64,000 bases of DNA from the human T2T-CHM13v2.0 reference genome, Homo sapiens, in NCBI RefSeq assembly GCF_009914755.1, contig NC_060936.1; one strand, given 5' to 3'. Every line of letters begins with the position of its first letter. Position 1 is the stretch's first letter. The notes beneath the pieces are model-generated. The model had not been told where the DNA came from. It did not search any database and was given only the letters and a program-made list of their open reading frames with translations. The position numbers and the translations under genes were made by a program. Shown one piece after another: positions 13,301-27,175 of the stretch.

Positions 13301-16300
13301 CCTCCTTGAGTTGAACACACACATCACAAAGTAGTTTCTGTGAATGATTCTGTCTAGTTTTTATACGAAGATGTTTCCTTTTCAACCTTTGGTCTCAAAG
13401 CGATTGAAATCTCCACATGGAAACTCCACAAAAAGAGTGTTTCAAATCTGCTCTTTCTGAAGGAAGGTTCATCTCTGTGAGTTGAACACACACACCACAA
13501 ATAAGTTACTGAGAATTCTTCTGTGTAACATTATATGAGGAAATCCCGTTTCCAACGAAGGCCTCAAAGAGGTCCAAATATCCACTTGCAGACTTTACAA
13601 AGACAGTGTCTCCAAACTCCTCCATCAAAAGAAAGGTTATACTCTGTGAATTGAACGCACACATCACAAAGTAGTTTCTGAGAATGATTCTGTCTAGTTT
13701 TTATACGAAGATATTTCCTTTTCTACATTTGGCCTAAAAGCGCTTGAAATCTCCACCTGCAAATATCACAAAAAGAGGGTTTCACATCTGCTCTGTCTAA
13801 AGGACAGTTCACCTCTGTGAGTTGAATAGAGGCAACACAAAGAACTTACTCAGTATTCTTCTTTCTAGCGTTCTATGAAGAAATCCCGTTTCCAACGAAG
13901 GCCCCAAAGAGGTCCAAATATCTGCTTGCAGACTTTACAGACAGAGTGTTTCCAAACTACTCTATGAAAAGAAAGCTTAAACTCCTTGAGTTGAACGCAC
14001 ACATCACAAAGTAGTTTCTGAGAATGATTCTGTCTAGTTTTTATACGAAGATGTTTCCTTTTCTACATTTGGTCTCAAAGCGATTGAAATCTCCAACTGG
14101 AAACTGCACAAATAGGGTGTTTCAAATCTGCTCTGTCTAAAGGAAGGTTCAACTCTGTGAGTTGAATACACACACCACAAATAAGTTACTGAGAATTCTT
14201 CTGTCGAACATTACTTGAAGAAATCCCGTTTCCAACGAAGGCCTCAAAGAGGTCCAAATATCCACTTGCAGACATTACAAACAGAGTGTTTCCAAACTGC
14301 TCCATCAAAAGAAAGGTTAAACTCTGTGAGCTGAACACACACATCAAAAAGAAGTTTCTGTGAATGATTCTGTCTAGATTTTATAAGAAGATGTTTCCTT
14401 TTCTACCGTAGGCCTCAAAGCGCTTGAAATCTCCAGCTGCAAATTCCACAAAAAGGGTGTTTAACATCTGCTCTTCTAAAGGAAAGTTCAACTCTATGAG
14501 TTGAATACACACAGCACAAAGAAGTTACTGAGACTTGTCCTATCAAACATTATATGAAGAAATCCCGTTTCCAACGAAGGCCTCAAAGAGGTCCAAATAT
14601 CTGCTTGCAGACTTTACAGACAGAGTGTTTCCAAACTGCTCCATCAAAAGAAAGGTTAACCTCCTTGAGTTGAACACACACATCACAAAGTAGTTTCTGT
14701 GAATGATTCTGTCTAGTTTTTATACGAAGATGTTTCCTTTTCTACCTTTGGTCTCAAAGCGATTGAAATCTCCACATGGAAACTCCACAAAAAGAGTGTT
14801 TCAAATCTGCTCTTTCTGAAGGAAGGTTCATCTCTGTGAGTTGAATACACACACCACAAATAAGTTACTGAGAATTCTTCTGTGTAACATTATATGAGGA
14901 AATCCCGTTTCCAACGAAGGCCTCAAAGAGGTCCAAATATCCACTTGCAGACTTTACAAAGACAGTGTCTCCAAACTCCTCCATCAAAAGAAAGGTTATA
15001 CTCTGTAAATTGAACGCACACATCACAAAGTAGTTTCTGAGAATGATTCTGTCTAGTTTTTATACGAAGATATTTCCTTTTCTACATTTGGCCTAAAAGC
15101 GCTTGAAATCTCCACCTGCAAATATCACAAAAAGAGGGTTTCACATCTGCTCTGTCTAAAGGACAGTTCACCTCTGTGAGTTGAATAGAGGCAACACAAA
15201 GAACTTACTCAGTATTCTTCTTTCTAGCGTTCTATGAAGAAATCCCGTTTCCAACGAAGGCCCTAAAGAGGTCCAAATATCTGCTTGCAGACTTTACAGA
15301 CAGAGTGTTTCCAAACTACTCTATGAAAAGAAAGCTTAAACTCCTTGAGTTGAACGCACACATCACAAAGTAGTTTCTGAGAATGATTCTGTCTAGTTTT
15401 TATACGAAGATGTTTCCTTTTCTACATTTGGTCTCAAAGCGATTGAAATCTCCAACTGGAAACTGCACAAATAGGGTGTTTCAAATCTGCTCTGTCTAAA
15501 GGAAGGTTCAACTCTGTGAGTTGAATACACACACCACAAATAAGTTACTGAGAATTCTTCTGTCGAACATTACTTGAAGAAATCCCGTTTCCAACGAAGG
15601 CCTCAAAGAGGTCCAAATATCCACTTGCAGACATTACAAACAGAGTGTTTCCAACCTGCTCCATCAAAAGAAAGGTTAAACTCTGTGAGCTGAACACACA
15701 CATCAAAAAGAAGTTTCTGTGAATGATTCTGTCTAGATTTTATAAGAAGATGTTTCCTTTTCTACCGTAGGCCTCAAAGCGCTTGAAATCTCCAGCTGCA
15801 AATTCCACAAAAAGGGTGTTTAACATCTGCTCTTCTAAAGGAAAGTTCAACTCTATGAGTTGAATACACACAGCACAAAGAAGTTACTGAGACTTCTCCT
15901 ATCAAACATTATATGAAGAAATCCCGTTTCCAACGAAGGCCTCAAAGAGGTCCAAATATCTGCTTGCAGACTTTACAGACAGAGTGTTTCCAAACTGCTC
16001 CATCAAAAGAAAGGTTAAACTCCTTGAGTTGAACACACACATCACAAAGTAGTTTCTGTGAATGATTCTGTCTAGTTTTTATACGAAGATGTTTCCTTTT
16101 CTACCTTTGGTCTCAATGCGATTGAAATCTCCACATGGAAACTCCACAAAAAGAGTGTTTCAAATCTGCTCTTTCTGAAGGAAGGTTCAACTCTGTGAGT
16201 TGAATACACACACCACAAATAAGTTACTGAGAATTCTTCTGTGTAACATTATATGAGGAAATCCCGTTTCCAACGAAGGCCTCAAAGAGATCCAAATATC

Positions 16301-19300
16301 CACTTGCAGACTTTACAAAGACAGTGTCTCCAAACTCCTCCATCAAAAGAAAGGTTATACTCTGTGAATTGAACGCACACATCACAAAGTAGTTTCTGAG
16401 AATGATTCTGTCTAGTTTTTATACGAAGATATTTCCTTTTCTACATTTGGCCTAAAAGCGCTTGAAATCTCCACCTGCAAATATCACAAAAAGAGGGTTT
16501 CACATCTGCTCTGTCTAAAGGACAGTTCACCTCTGTGAGTTGAATAGAGGCAACACAAAGAACTTACTCAGTATTCTTCTTTCTAGCGTTCTATGAAGAA
16601 ATCCCGTTTCCAACGAAGGCCCCAAAGAGGTCCAAATATCTGCTTGCAGACTTTACAGACAGAGTGTTTCCAAACTACTCTATGAAAAGAAAGCTTAAAC
16701 TCCTTGAGTTGAACGCACACATCACAAAGTAGTTTCTGAGAATGATTCTGTCTAGTTTTTATACGAAGATGTTTCCTTTTCTACGTTTGGTCTCAAAGCG
16801 ATTGAAATCTCCAACTGGAAACTGCACAAATAGGCTGTTTCAAATCTGCTCTGTCTAAAGGAAGGTTCAACTCTGTGAGTTGAATACACACACCACAAAT
16901 AAGTTACTGAGAATTCTTCTGTCGAACATTACTTGAAGAAATCCCGTTTCCAACGAAGGCCTCAAAGAGGTCCAAATATCCACTTGCAGACATTACAAAC
17001 AGATTGTTTCCAACCTGCTCCATCAAAAGAAAGGTTAAACTCTGTGAGCTGAACACACACATCAAAAAGAAGTTTCTGTGAATGATTCTGTCTAGATTTT
17101 ATAAGAAGATATTTCCTTTTCTACCGTAGGCCTCAAAGCGCTTGAAATCTCCAGCTGCAAATTCCACAAAAAGGGTGTTTAACATCTGCTCTTCTAAAGG
17201 AAAGTTCAACTCTATGAGTTGAATACACACAGCACAAAGAAGTTACTGAGACTTCTCCTATCAAACATTATATGAAGAAATCCCGTTTCCAACGAAGGCC
17301 TCAAAGAGGTCCAAATATCTGCTTGCAGACTTTACAGACAGAGTGTTTCCAAACTGCTCCATCAAAAGAAAGGTTAAACTCCTTGAGTTGAACACACACA
17401 TCACAAAGTAGTTTCTGTGAATGATTCTGTCTAGTTTTTATACGAAGATGTTTCCTTTTCTACCTTTGGTCTCAAAGCTATTGAAATCTCCACATGGAAA
17501 CTCCACAAAAAGAGTGTTTCAAATCTGCTCTTTCTGAAGGAAGGTTCATCTCTGTGAGTTGAATACACACACCACAAATAAGTTACTGAGAATTCTTCTG
17601 TGTAACATTATATGAGGAAATCCCGTTTCCAACGAAGGCCTCAAAGAGATCCAAATATCCACTTGCAGACTTTACAAAGACAGTGTCTCCAAACTCCTCC
17701 ATCAAAAGAAAGGTTATACTCCGTGAATTGAACGCACACATCACAAAGTAGTTTCTGAGAATGATTCTGTCTAGTTTTTATACGAAGATATTTCCTTTTC
17801 TACATTTGGCCTAAAAGCGCTTGAAATCTCCACCTGCAAATATCACAAAAAGAGGGTTTCACATCTGCTCTGTCTGAAGGACAGTTCACCTCTGTGAGTT
17901 GAATAGAGGCAACACAAAGAACTTACTCAGTATTCTTCTTTCTAGCGTTCTATGAAGAAATCCCGTTTCCAACGAAGGCCCCAAAGAGGTCCAAATATCT
18001 GCTTGCAGACTTTACAGACAGAGTGTTTCCAAACTACTCTATGAAAAGAAAGCTTAAACTCCTTGAGTTGAACGCACACATCACAAAGTAGTTTCTGAGA
18101 ATGATTCTGTCTAGTTTTTATACGAAGATGTTTCCTTTTCTACATTTGGTCTCAAAGCGATTGAAATCTCCAACTGGAAACTGCACAAATAGGGTGTTTC
18201 AAATCTGCTCTGTCTAAAGGAAGGTTCAACTCTGTGAGTTGAATACACACACCACAAATAAGTTACTGAGAATTCTTCTGTCGAACATTACTTGAAGAAA
18301 TTCCGTTTCCAACGAAGGCCTCAAAGAGGTCCAAATATCCACTTGCAGACATTACAAACAGAGTGTTTCCAAACTGCTCCATCAAAAGAAAGGTTAAACT
18401 CTGTGAGCTGAACACACACATCAAAAAGAAGTTTCTGTGAATGATTCTGTCTAGATTTTATAAGAAGATGTTTCCTTTTCTACCGTAGGCCTCAAAGCGC
18501 TTGAAATCTCCAGCTGCAAATTCCACAAAAAGGGTGTTTAACATCTGCTCTTCTAAAGGAAAGTTCAACTCTATGAGTTGAATACACACAGCACAAAGAA
18601 GTTACTGAGACTTCTCCTATCAAACATTATATGAAGAAATCCCGTTTCCAACGAAGGCCTCAAAGAGGTCCAAATATCTGCTTGCAGACTTTACAGACAG
18701 AGTGTTTCCAAACTGCTCCATCAAAAGAAAGGTTAACCTCCTTGAGTTGAACACACACATCACAAAGTAGTTTCTGTGAATGATTCTGTCTAGTTTTTAT
18801 ACGAAGATGTTTCCTTTTCTACCTTTGGTCTCAAAGCGATTGAAATCTCCACATGGAAACTCCACAAAAAGAGTGTTTCAAATCTGCTCTTTCTGAAGGA
18901 AGGTTCATCTCTGTGAGTTGAATACACACACCACAAATAAGTTACTGAGAATTCTTCTGTGTAACATTATATGAGGAAATCCCGTTTCCAACGAAGGCCT
19001 CAAAGAGGTCCAAATATCCACTTGCAGACTTTACAAAGACAGTGTCTCCAAACTCCTCCATCAAAAGAAAGGTTATACTCTGTGAATTGAACGCACACAT
19101 CACAAAGTAGTTTCTGAGAATGATTCTGTCTAGTTTTTATACGAAGATATTTCCTTTTCTACATTTGGCCTAAAAGCGCTTGAAATCTCCACCTGCAAAT
19201 ATCACAAAAAGAGGGTTTCACATCTGCTCTGTCTAAAGGACAGTTCACCTCTGTGAGTTGAATAGAGGCAACACAAAGAACTTATTCAGTATTCTTCTTT

Positions 19301-22300
19301 CTAGCGTTCTATGAAGAAATCCCGTTTCCAACGAAGGCCCCAAAGAGGTCCAAATATCTGCTTGCAGACTTTACAGACAGAGTGTTTCCAAACTACTCTA
19401 TGAAAAGAAAGCTTAAACTCCTTGAGTTGAACGCACACATCACAAAGTAGTTTCTGAGAATGATTCTGTCTAGTTTTTATACGAAGATGTTTCCTTTTCT
19501 ACATTTGGTCTCAAAGCGATTGAAATCTCCAACTGGAAACTGCACAAATAGGGTGTTTCAAATCTGCTCTGTCTAAAGGAAGGTTCAACTCTGTGAGTTG
19601 AATACACACACCACAAATAAGTTACTGAGAATTCTTCTGTCGAACATTACTTGAAGAAATTCCGTTTCCAACGAAGGCCTCAAAGAGGTCCAAATATCCA
19701 CTTGCAGACATTACAAACAGAGTGTTTCCAAACTGCTCCATGAAAAGAAAGGTTAAACTCTGTGAGCTGAACACACACATCAAAAAGAAGTTTCTGTTAA
19801 TGATTCTGTCTAGATTTTATAAGAAGATGTTTCCTTTTCTACCGTAGGCCTCAAAGCGCTTGAAATCTCCAGCTGCAAATTCCACAAAAAGGGTGTTTAA
19901 CATCTGCTCTTCTAAAGGAAAGTTCAACTCTATGAGTTGAATACACACAGCACAAAGAAGTTACTGAGACTTCTCCTATCAAACATTATATGAAGAAATC
20001 CCGTTTCCAACGAAGGCCTCAAAGAGGTCCAAATATCTGCTTGCAGACTTTACAGACAGAGTGTTTCCAAACTGCTCCATCAAAAGAAAGGTTAACCTCC
20101 TTGAGTTGAACACACACATCACAAAGTAGTTTCTGTGAATGATTCTGTCTAGTTTTTATACGAAGATGTTTCCTTTTCTACCTTTGGTCTCAAAGCGATT
20201 GAAATCTCCACATGGAAACTCCACAAAAAGAGTGTTTCAAATCTGCTCTTTCTGAAGGAAGGTTCATCTCTGTGAGTTGAATACACACACCACAAATAAG
20301 TTACTGAGAATTCTTCTGTGTAACATTATATGAGGAAATCCCGTTTCCAACGAAGGCCTCAAAGAGGTCCAAATATCCACTTGCAGACCTTACAAAGACA
20401 GTGTCTCCAAACTCCTCCATCAAAAGAAAGGTTATACTCTGTGAATTGAACGCACACATCACAAAGTAGTTTCTGAGAATGATTCTGTCTAGTTTTTATA
20501 CGAAGATATTTCCTTTTCTACATTTGGCCTAAAAGTGCTTGAAATCTCCACCTGCAAATATCACAAAAAGAGGGTTTCACATCTGCTCTGTCTAAAGGAC
20601 AGTTCACCTCTGTGAGTTGAATAGAGGCAACACAAAGAACTTACTCAGTATTCTTCTTTCTAGCGTTCTATGAAGAAATCCCGTTTCCAACGAAGGCCCC
20701 AAAGAGGTCCAAATATCTGCTTGCAGACTTTACAGACAGAGTGTTTCCAAACTACTCTATGAAAAGAAAGCTTAAACTCCTTGAGTTGAACGCACACATC
20801 ACAAAGTAGTTTCTGAGAATGATTCTGTCTAGTTTTTATACGAAGATGTTTCCTTTTCTACATTTGGTCTCAAAGCGATTGAAATCTCCAACTGGAAACT
20901 GCACAAATAGGGTGTTTCAAATCTGCTCTGTCTAAAGGAAGGTTCAACTCTGTGAGTTGAATACACACACCACAAATAAGTTACTGAGAATTCTTCTGTC
21001 GAACATTACTTGAAGAAATCCCGTTTCCAACGAAGGCCTCAAAGAGGTCCAAATATCCACTTGCAGACATTACAAAGAGAGTGTTTCCAAACTGCTCCAT
21101 CAAAAGAAAGGTTAAACTCTGTGAGCTGAACACACACATCAAAAAGAAGTTTCTGTGAATGATTCTGTCTAGATTTTATAAGAAGATGTTTCCTTTTCTA
21201 CCGTAGGCCTCAAAGCGCTTGAAATCTCCAGCTGCAAATTCCACAAAAAGGGTGTTTAACATCTGCTCTTCTAAAGGAAAGTTCAACTCTATGAGTTGAA
21301 TACACACAGCATAAAGAAGTTACTGAGACTTCTCCTATCAAACATTATATGAAAAAATCCCATTTCCAACGAAGGCCTCAAAGAGGTCCAAATATCTGCT
21401 TGCAGACTTTACAGACAGAGTGTTTCCAAACTGCTCCATCAAAAGAAAGGTTAACCTCCTGAGTTGAACACACACATCACAAAGTAGTTTCTGTGAATGA
21501 TTCTGTCTAGTTTTTATACGAAGATGTTTCCTTTTCTACCTTTGGTCTCAAAGCGATTGAAATCTCCACATGGAAACTCCACAAAAAGAGTGTTTCAAAT
21601 CTGCTCTTTCTGAAGGAAGGTTCATCTTTGTGAGTTGAATACACACACCACAAATAAGTTACTGAGAATTCTTCTGTGTAACATTATATGAGGAAATCCC
21701 GTTTCCAACGAAGGCCTCAAAGAGGTCCAAATATCCACTTGCAGACTTTACAAAGACAGTGTCTCCAAACTCCTCCATCAAAAGAAAGGTTATACTCTGT
21801 GAATTGAACGCACACATCACAAAGTAGTTTCTGAGAATGATTCTGTCTAGTTTTTATACGAAGATATTTCCTTTTCTACATTTGGCCTAAAAGCGCTTGA
21901 AATCTCCACCTGCAAATATCACAAAAAGAGGGTTTCACATCTGCTCTGTCTAAAGGACAGTTCACCTCTGTGAGTTGAATAGAGGCAACACAAAGAACTT
22001 ATTCAGTATTCTTCTTTCTAGCGTTCTATGAAGAAATCCCGTTTCCAACGAAGGCCCCAAAGAGGTCCAAATATCTGCTTGCAGACTTTACAGACAGAGT
22101 GTTTCCAAACTACTCTATGAAAAGAAAGCTTAAACTCCTTGAGTTGAACGCACACATCACAAAGTAGTTTCTGAGAATGATTCTGTCTAGTTTTTATACG
22201 AAGATGTTTCCTTTTCTACATTTGGTCTCAAAGCGATTGAAATCTCCAACTGGAAACTGCACAAATAGGGTGTTTCAAATCTGCTCTGTCTAAAGGAAGG

Positions 22301-25300
22301 TTCAACTCTGTGAGTTGAATACACACACCACAAATAAGTTACTGAGAATTCTTCTGTCGAACATTACTTGAAGAAATTCCGTTTCCAACGAAGGCCTCAA
22401 AGAGGTCCAAATATCCACTTGCAGACATTACAAACAGAGTGTTTCCAAACTGCTCCATGAAAAGAAAGGTTAAACTCTGTGAGCTGAACACACACATCAA
22501 AAAGAAGTTTCTGTGAATGATTCTGTCTAGATTTTATAAGAAGATGTTTCCTTTTCTACCGTAGGCCTCAAAGCGCTTGAAATCTCCAGCTGCAAATTCC
22601 ACAAAAAGGGTGTTTAACATCTGCTCTTCTAAAGGAAAGTTCAACTCTATGAGTTGAATACACACAGCACAAAGAAGTTACTGAGACTTCTCCTATCAAA
22701 CATTATATGAAGAAATCCCGTTTCCAACGAAGGCCTCAAAGAGGTCCAAATATCTGCTTGCAGACTTTACAGACAGAGTGTTTCCAAACTGCTCCATCAA
22801 AAGAAAGGTTAACCTCCTTGAGTTGAACACACACATCACAAAGTAGTTTCTGTGAATGATTCTGTCTAGTTTTTATACGAAGATGTTTCCTTTTCTACCT
22901 TTGGTCTCAAAGCGATTGAAATCTCCACATGGAAACTCCACAAAAAGAGTGTTTCAAATCTGCTCTTTCTGAAGGAAGGTTCATCTCTGTGAGTTGAATA
23001 CACACACCACAAATAAGTTACTGAGAATTCTTCTGTGTAACATTATATGAGGAAATCCCGTTTCCAACGAAGGCCTCAAAGAGGTCCAAATATCCACTTG
23101 CAGACTTTACAAAGACAGTGTCTCCAAACTCCTCCATCAAAAGAAAGGTTATACTCTGTGAATTGAACGCACACATCACAAAGTAGTTTCTGAGAATGAT
23201 TCTGTCTAGTTTTTATACGAAGATATTTCCTTTTCTACATTTGGCCTAAAAGCGCTTGAAATCTCCACCTGCAAATATCACAAAAAGAGGGTTTCACATC
23301 TGCTCTGTCTAAAGGACAGTTCACCTCTGTGAGTTGAATAGAGGCAACACAAAGAACTTATTCAGTATTCTTCTTTCTAGCGTTCTATGAAGAAATCCCG
23401 TTTCCAACGAAGGCCCCAAAGAGGTCCAAATATCTGCTTGCAGACTTTACAGACAGAGTGTTTCCAAACTACTCTATGAAAAGAAAGCTTAAACTCCTTG
23501 AGTTGAACGCACACATCACAAAGTAGTTTCTGAGAATGATTCTGTCTAGTTTTTATACGAAGATGTTTCCTTTTCTACATTTGGTCTCAAAGCGATTGAA
23601 ATCTCCAACTGGAAACTGCACAAATAGGGTGTTTCAAATCTGCTCTGTCTAAAGGAAGGTTCAACTCTGTGAGTTGAATACACACACCACAAATAAGTTA
23701 CTGAGAATTCTTCTGTCGAACATTACTTGAAGAAATTCCGTTTCCAACGAAGGCCTCAAAGAGGTCCAAATATCCACTTGCAGACATTACAAACAGAGTG
23801 TTTCCAAACTGCTCCATGAAAAGAAAGGTTAAACTCTGTGAGCTGAACACACACATCAAAAAGAAGTTTCTGTTAATGATTCTGTCTAGATTTTATAAGA
23901 AGATGTTTCCTTTTCTACCGTAGGCCTCAAAGCGCTTGAAATCTCCAGCTGCAAATTCCACAAAAAGGGTGTTTAACATCTGCTCTTCTAAAGGAAAGTT
24001 CAACTCTATGAGTTGAATACACACAGCACAAAGAAGTTACTGAGACTTCTCCTATCAAACATTATATGAAGAAATCCCGTTTCCAACGAAGGCCTCAAAG
24101 AGGTCCAAATATCTGCTTGCAGACTTTACAGACAGAGTGTTTCCAAACTGCTCCATCAAAAGAAAGGTTAACCTCCTTGAGTTGAACACACACATCACAA
24201 AGTAGTTTCTGTGAATGATTCTGTCTAGTTTTTATACGAAGATGTTTCCTTTTCTACCTTTGGTCTCAAAGCGATTGAAATCTCCACATGGAAACTCCAC
24301 AAAAAGAGTGTTTCAAATCTGCTCTTTCTGAAGGAAGGTTCATCTCTGTGAGTTGAATACACACACCACAAATAAGTTACTGAGAATTCTTCTGTGTAAC
24401 ATTATATGAGGAAATCCCGTTTCCAACGAAGGCCTCAAAGAGGTCCAAATATCCACTTGCAGACCTTACAAAGACAGTGTCTCCAAACTCCTCCATCAAA
24501 AGAAAGGTTATACTCTGTGAATTGAACGCACACATCACAAAGTAGTTTCTGAGAATGATTCTGTCTAGTTTTTATACGAAGATATTTCCTTTTCTACATT
24601 TGGCCTAAAAGTGCTTGAAATCTCCACCTGCAAATATCACAAAAAGAGGGTTTCACATCTGCTCTGTCTAAAGGACAGTTCACCTCTGTGAGTTGAATAG
24701 AGGCAACACAAAGAACTTACTCAGTATTCTTCTTTCTAGCGTTCTATGAAGAAATCCCGTTTCCAACGAAGGCCCCAAAGAGGTCCAAATATCTGCTTGC
24801 AGACTTTACAGACAGAGTGTTTCCAAACTACTCTATGAAAAGAAAGCTTAAACTCCTTGAGTTGAACGCACACATCACAAAGTAGTTTCTGAGAATGATT
24901 CTGTCTAGTTTTTATACGAAGATGTTTCCTTTTCTACATTTGGTCTCAAAGCGATTGAAATCTCCAACTGGAAACTGCACAAATAGGGTGTTTCAAATCT
25001 GCTCTGTCTAAAGGAAGGTTCAACTCTGTGAGTTGAATACACACACCACAAATAAGTTACTGAGAATTCTTCTGTCGAACATTACTTGAAGAAATCCCGT
25101 TTCCAACGAAGGCCTCAAAGAGGTCCAAATATCCACTTGCAGACATTACAAACAGAGTGTTTCCAAACTGCTCCATCAAAAGAAAGGTTAAACTCTGTGA
25201 GCTGAACACACACATCAAAAAGAAGTTTCTGTGAATGATTCTGTCTAGATTTTATAAGAAGATGTTTCCTTTTCTACCGTAGGCCTCAAAGCGCTTGAAA

Positions 25301-27175
25301 TCTCCAGCTGCAAATTCCACAAAAAGGGTGTTTAACATCTGCTCTTCTAAAGGAAAGTTCAACTCTATGAGTTGAATACACACAGCACAAAGAAGTTACT
25401 GAGACTTCTCCTATCAAACATTATATGAAGAAATCCCGTTTCCAACGAAGGCCTCAAAGAGGTCCAAATATCTGCTTGCAGACTTTACAGACAGAGTGTT
25501 TCCAAACTGCTCCATCAAAAGAAAGGTTAAACTCCTTGAGTTGAACACACACATCACAAAGTAGTTTCTGTGAATGATTCTGTCTAGTTTTTATACGAAG
25601 ATGTTTCCTTTTCTACCTTTGGTCTCAATGCGATTGAAATCTCCACATGGAAACTCCACAAAAAGAGTGTTTCAAATCTGCTCTTTCTGAAGGAAGGTTC
25701 AACTCTGTGAGTTGAATACACACACCACAAATAAGTTACTGAGAATTCTTCTGTGTAACATTATATGAGGAAATCCCGTTTCCAACGAAGGCCTCGAAGA
25801 GATCCAAATATCCACTTGCAGACTTTACAAAGACAGTGTCTCCAAACTCCTCCATCAAAAGAAAGGTTATACTCTGTGAATTGAACGCACACATCACAAA
25901 GTAGTTTCTGAGAATGATTCTGTCTAGTTTTTATACGAAGATATTTCCTTTTCTACATTTGGCCTAAAAGCGCTTGAAATCTCCACCTGCAAATATCACA
26001 AAAAGAGGGTTTCACATCTGCTCTGTCTAAAGGACAGTTCACCTCTGTGAGTTGAATAGAGGCAACACAAAGAACTTACTCAGTATTCTTCTTTCTAGCG
26101 TTCTATGAAGAAATCCCGTTTCCAACGAAGGCCCTAAAGAGGTCCAAATATCTGCTTGCAGACTTTACAGACAGAGTGTTTCCAAACTACTCTATGAAAA
26201 GAAAGCTTAAACTCCTTGAGTTGAACGCACACATCACAAAGTAGTTTCTGAGAATGATTCTGTCTAGTTGTTATACGAAGATGTTTCCTTTTCTACATTT
26301 GGTCTCAAAGCGATTGAAATCTCCAACTGGAAACTGCACAAATAGGGTGTTTCAAATCTGCTCTGTCTAAAGGAAGGTTCAACTCTGTGAGTTGAATACA
26401 CACACCACAAATAAGTTACTGAGAATTCTTCTGTCGAACATTACTTGAAGAAATCCCGTTTCCAACGAAGGCCTCAAAGCGGTCCAAATATCCACTTGCA
26501 GACATTACAAACAGAGTGTTTCCAAACTGCTCCATCAAAAGAAAGGTTAAACTCTGTGAGCTGAACACACACATCAAAAAGAAGTGTCTGTGAATGATTC
26601 TGTCTAGATTTTATAAGAAGATGTTTCCTTTTCTACCGTAGGTCTCAAAGCGCTTGAAATCTCCAGCTGCAAATTCCACAAAAAGGGTGTTTAACATCTG
26701 CTCTTCTAAAGGAAAGTTCAACTCTATGAGTTGAATACACACAGCACAAAGAAGTTACTGAGACTTCTTCTGTCTAACATTATATGAAGAAATCCCGTTT
26801 CCAACGAAGGCCTCAAAGAGGTCCAAATATCTGCTTGCAGACTTTACAGACAGAGTGTTTCCAAACTGCTCCATCAAAAGAAAGGTTAAACTCCTTGAGT
26901 TGAACACACACATCACAAAGTAGTTTCTGTGAATGATTCTGTCTAGTTTTTATACGAAGATGTTTCCTTTTCTACCTTTGGTCTCAAAGCGATTGAAATC
27001 TCCACATGGAAACTCCACAAAAAGAGTGTTTCAAATCTGCTCTTTCTGAAGGAAGGTTCATCTCTGTGAGTTGAATACACACACCACAAATAAGTTACTG
27101 AGAATTCTTCTGTGTAACATTATATGAGGAAATCCCGTTTCCAACGAAGGCCTCAAAGAGGTCCAAATATCCACT

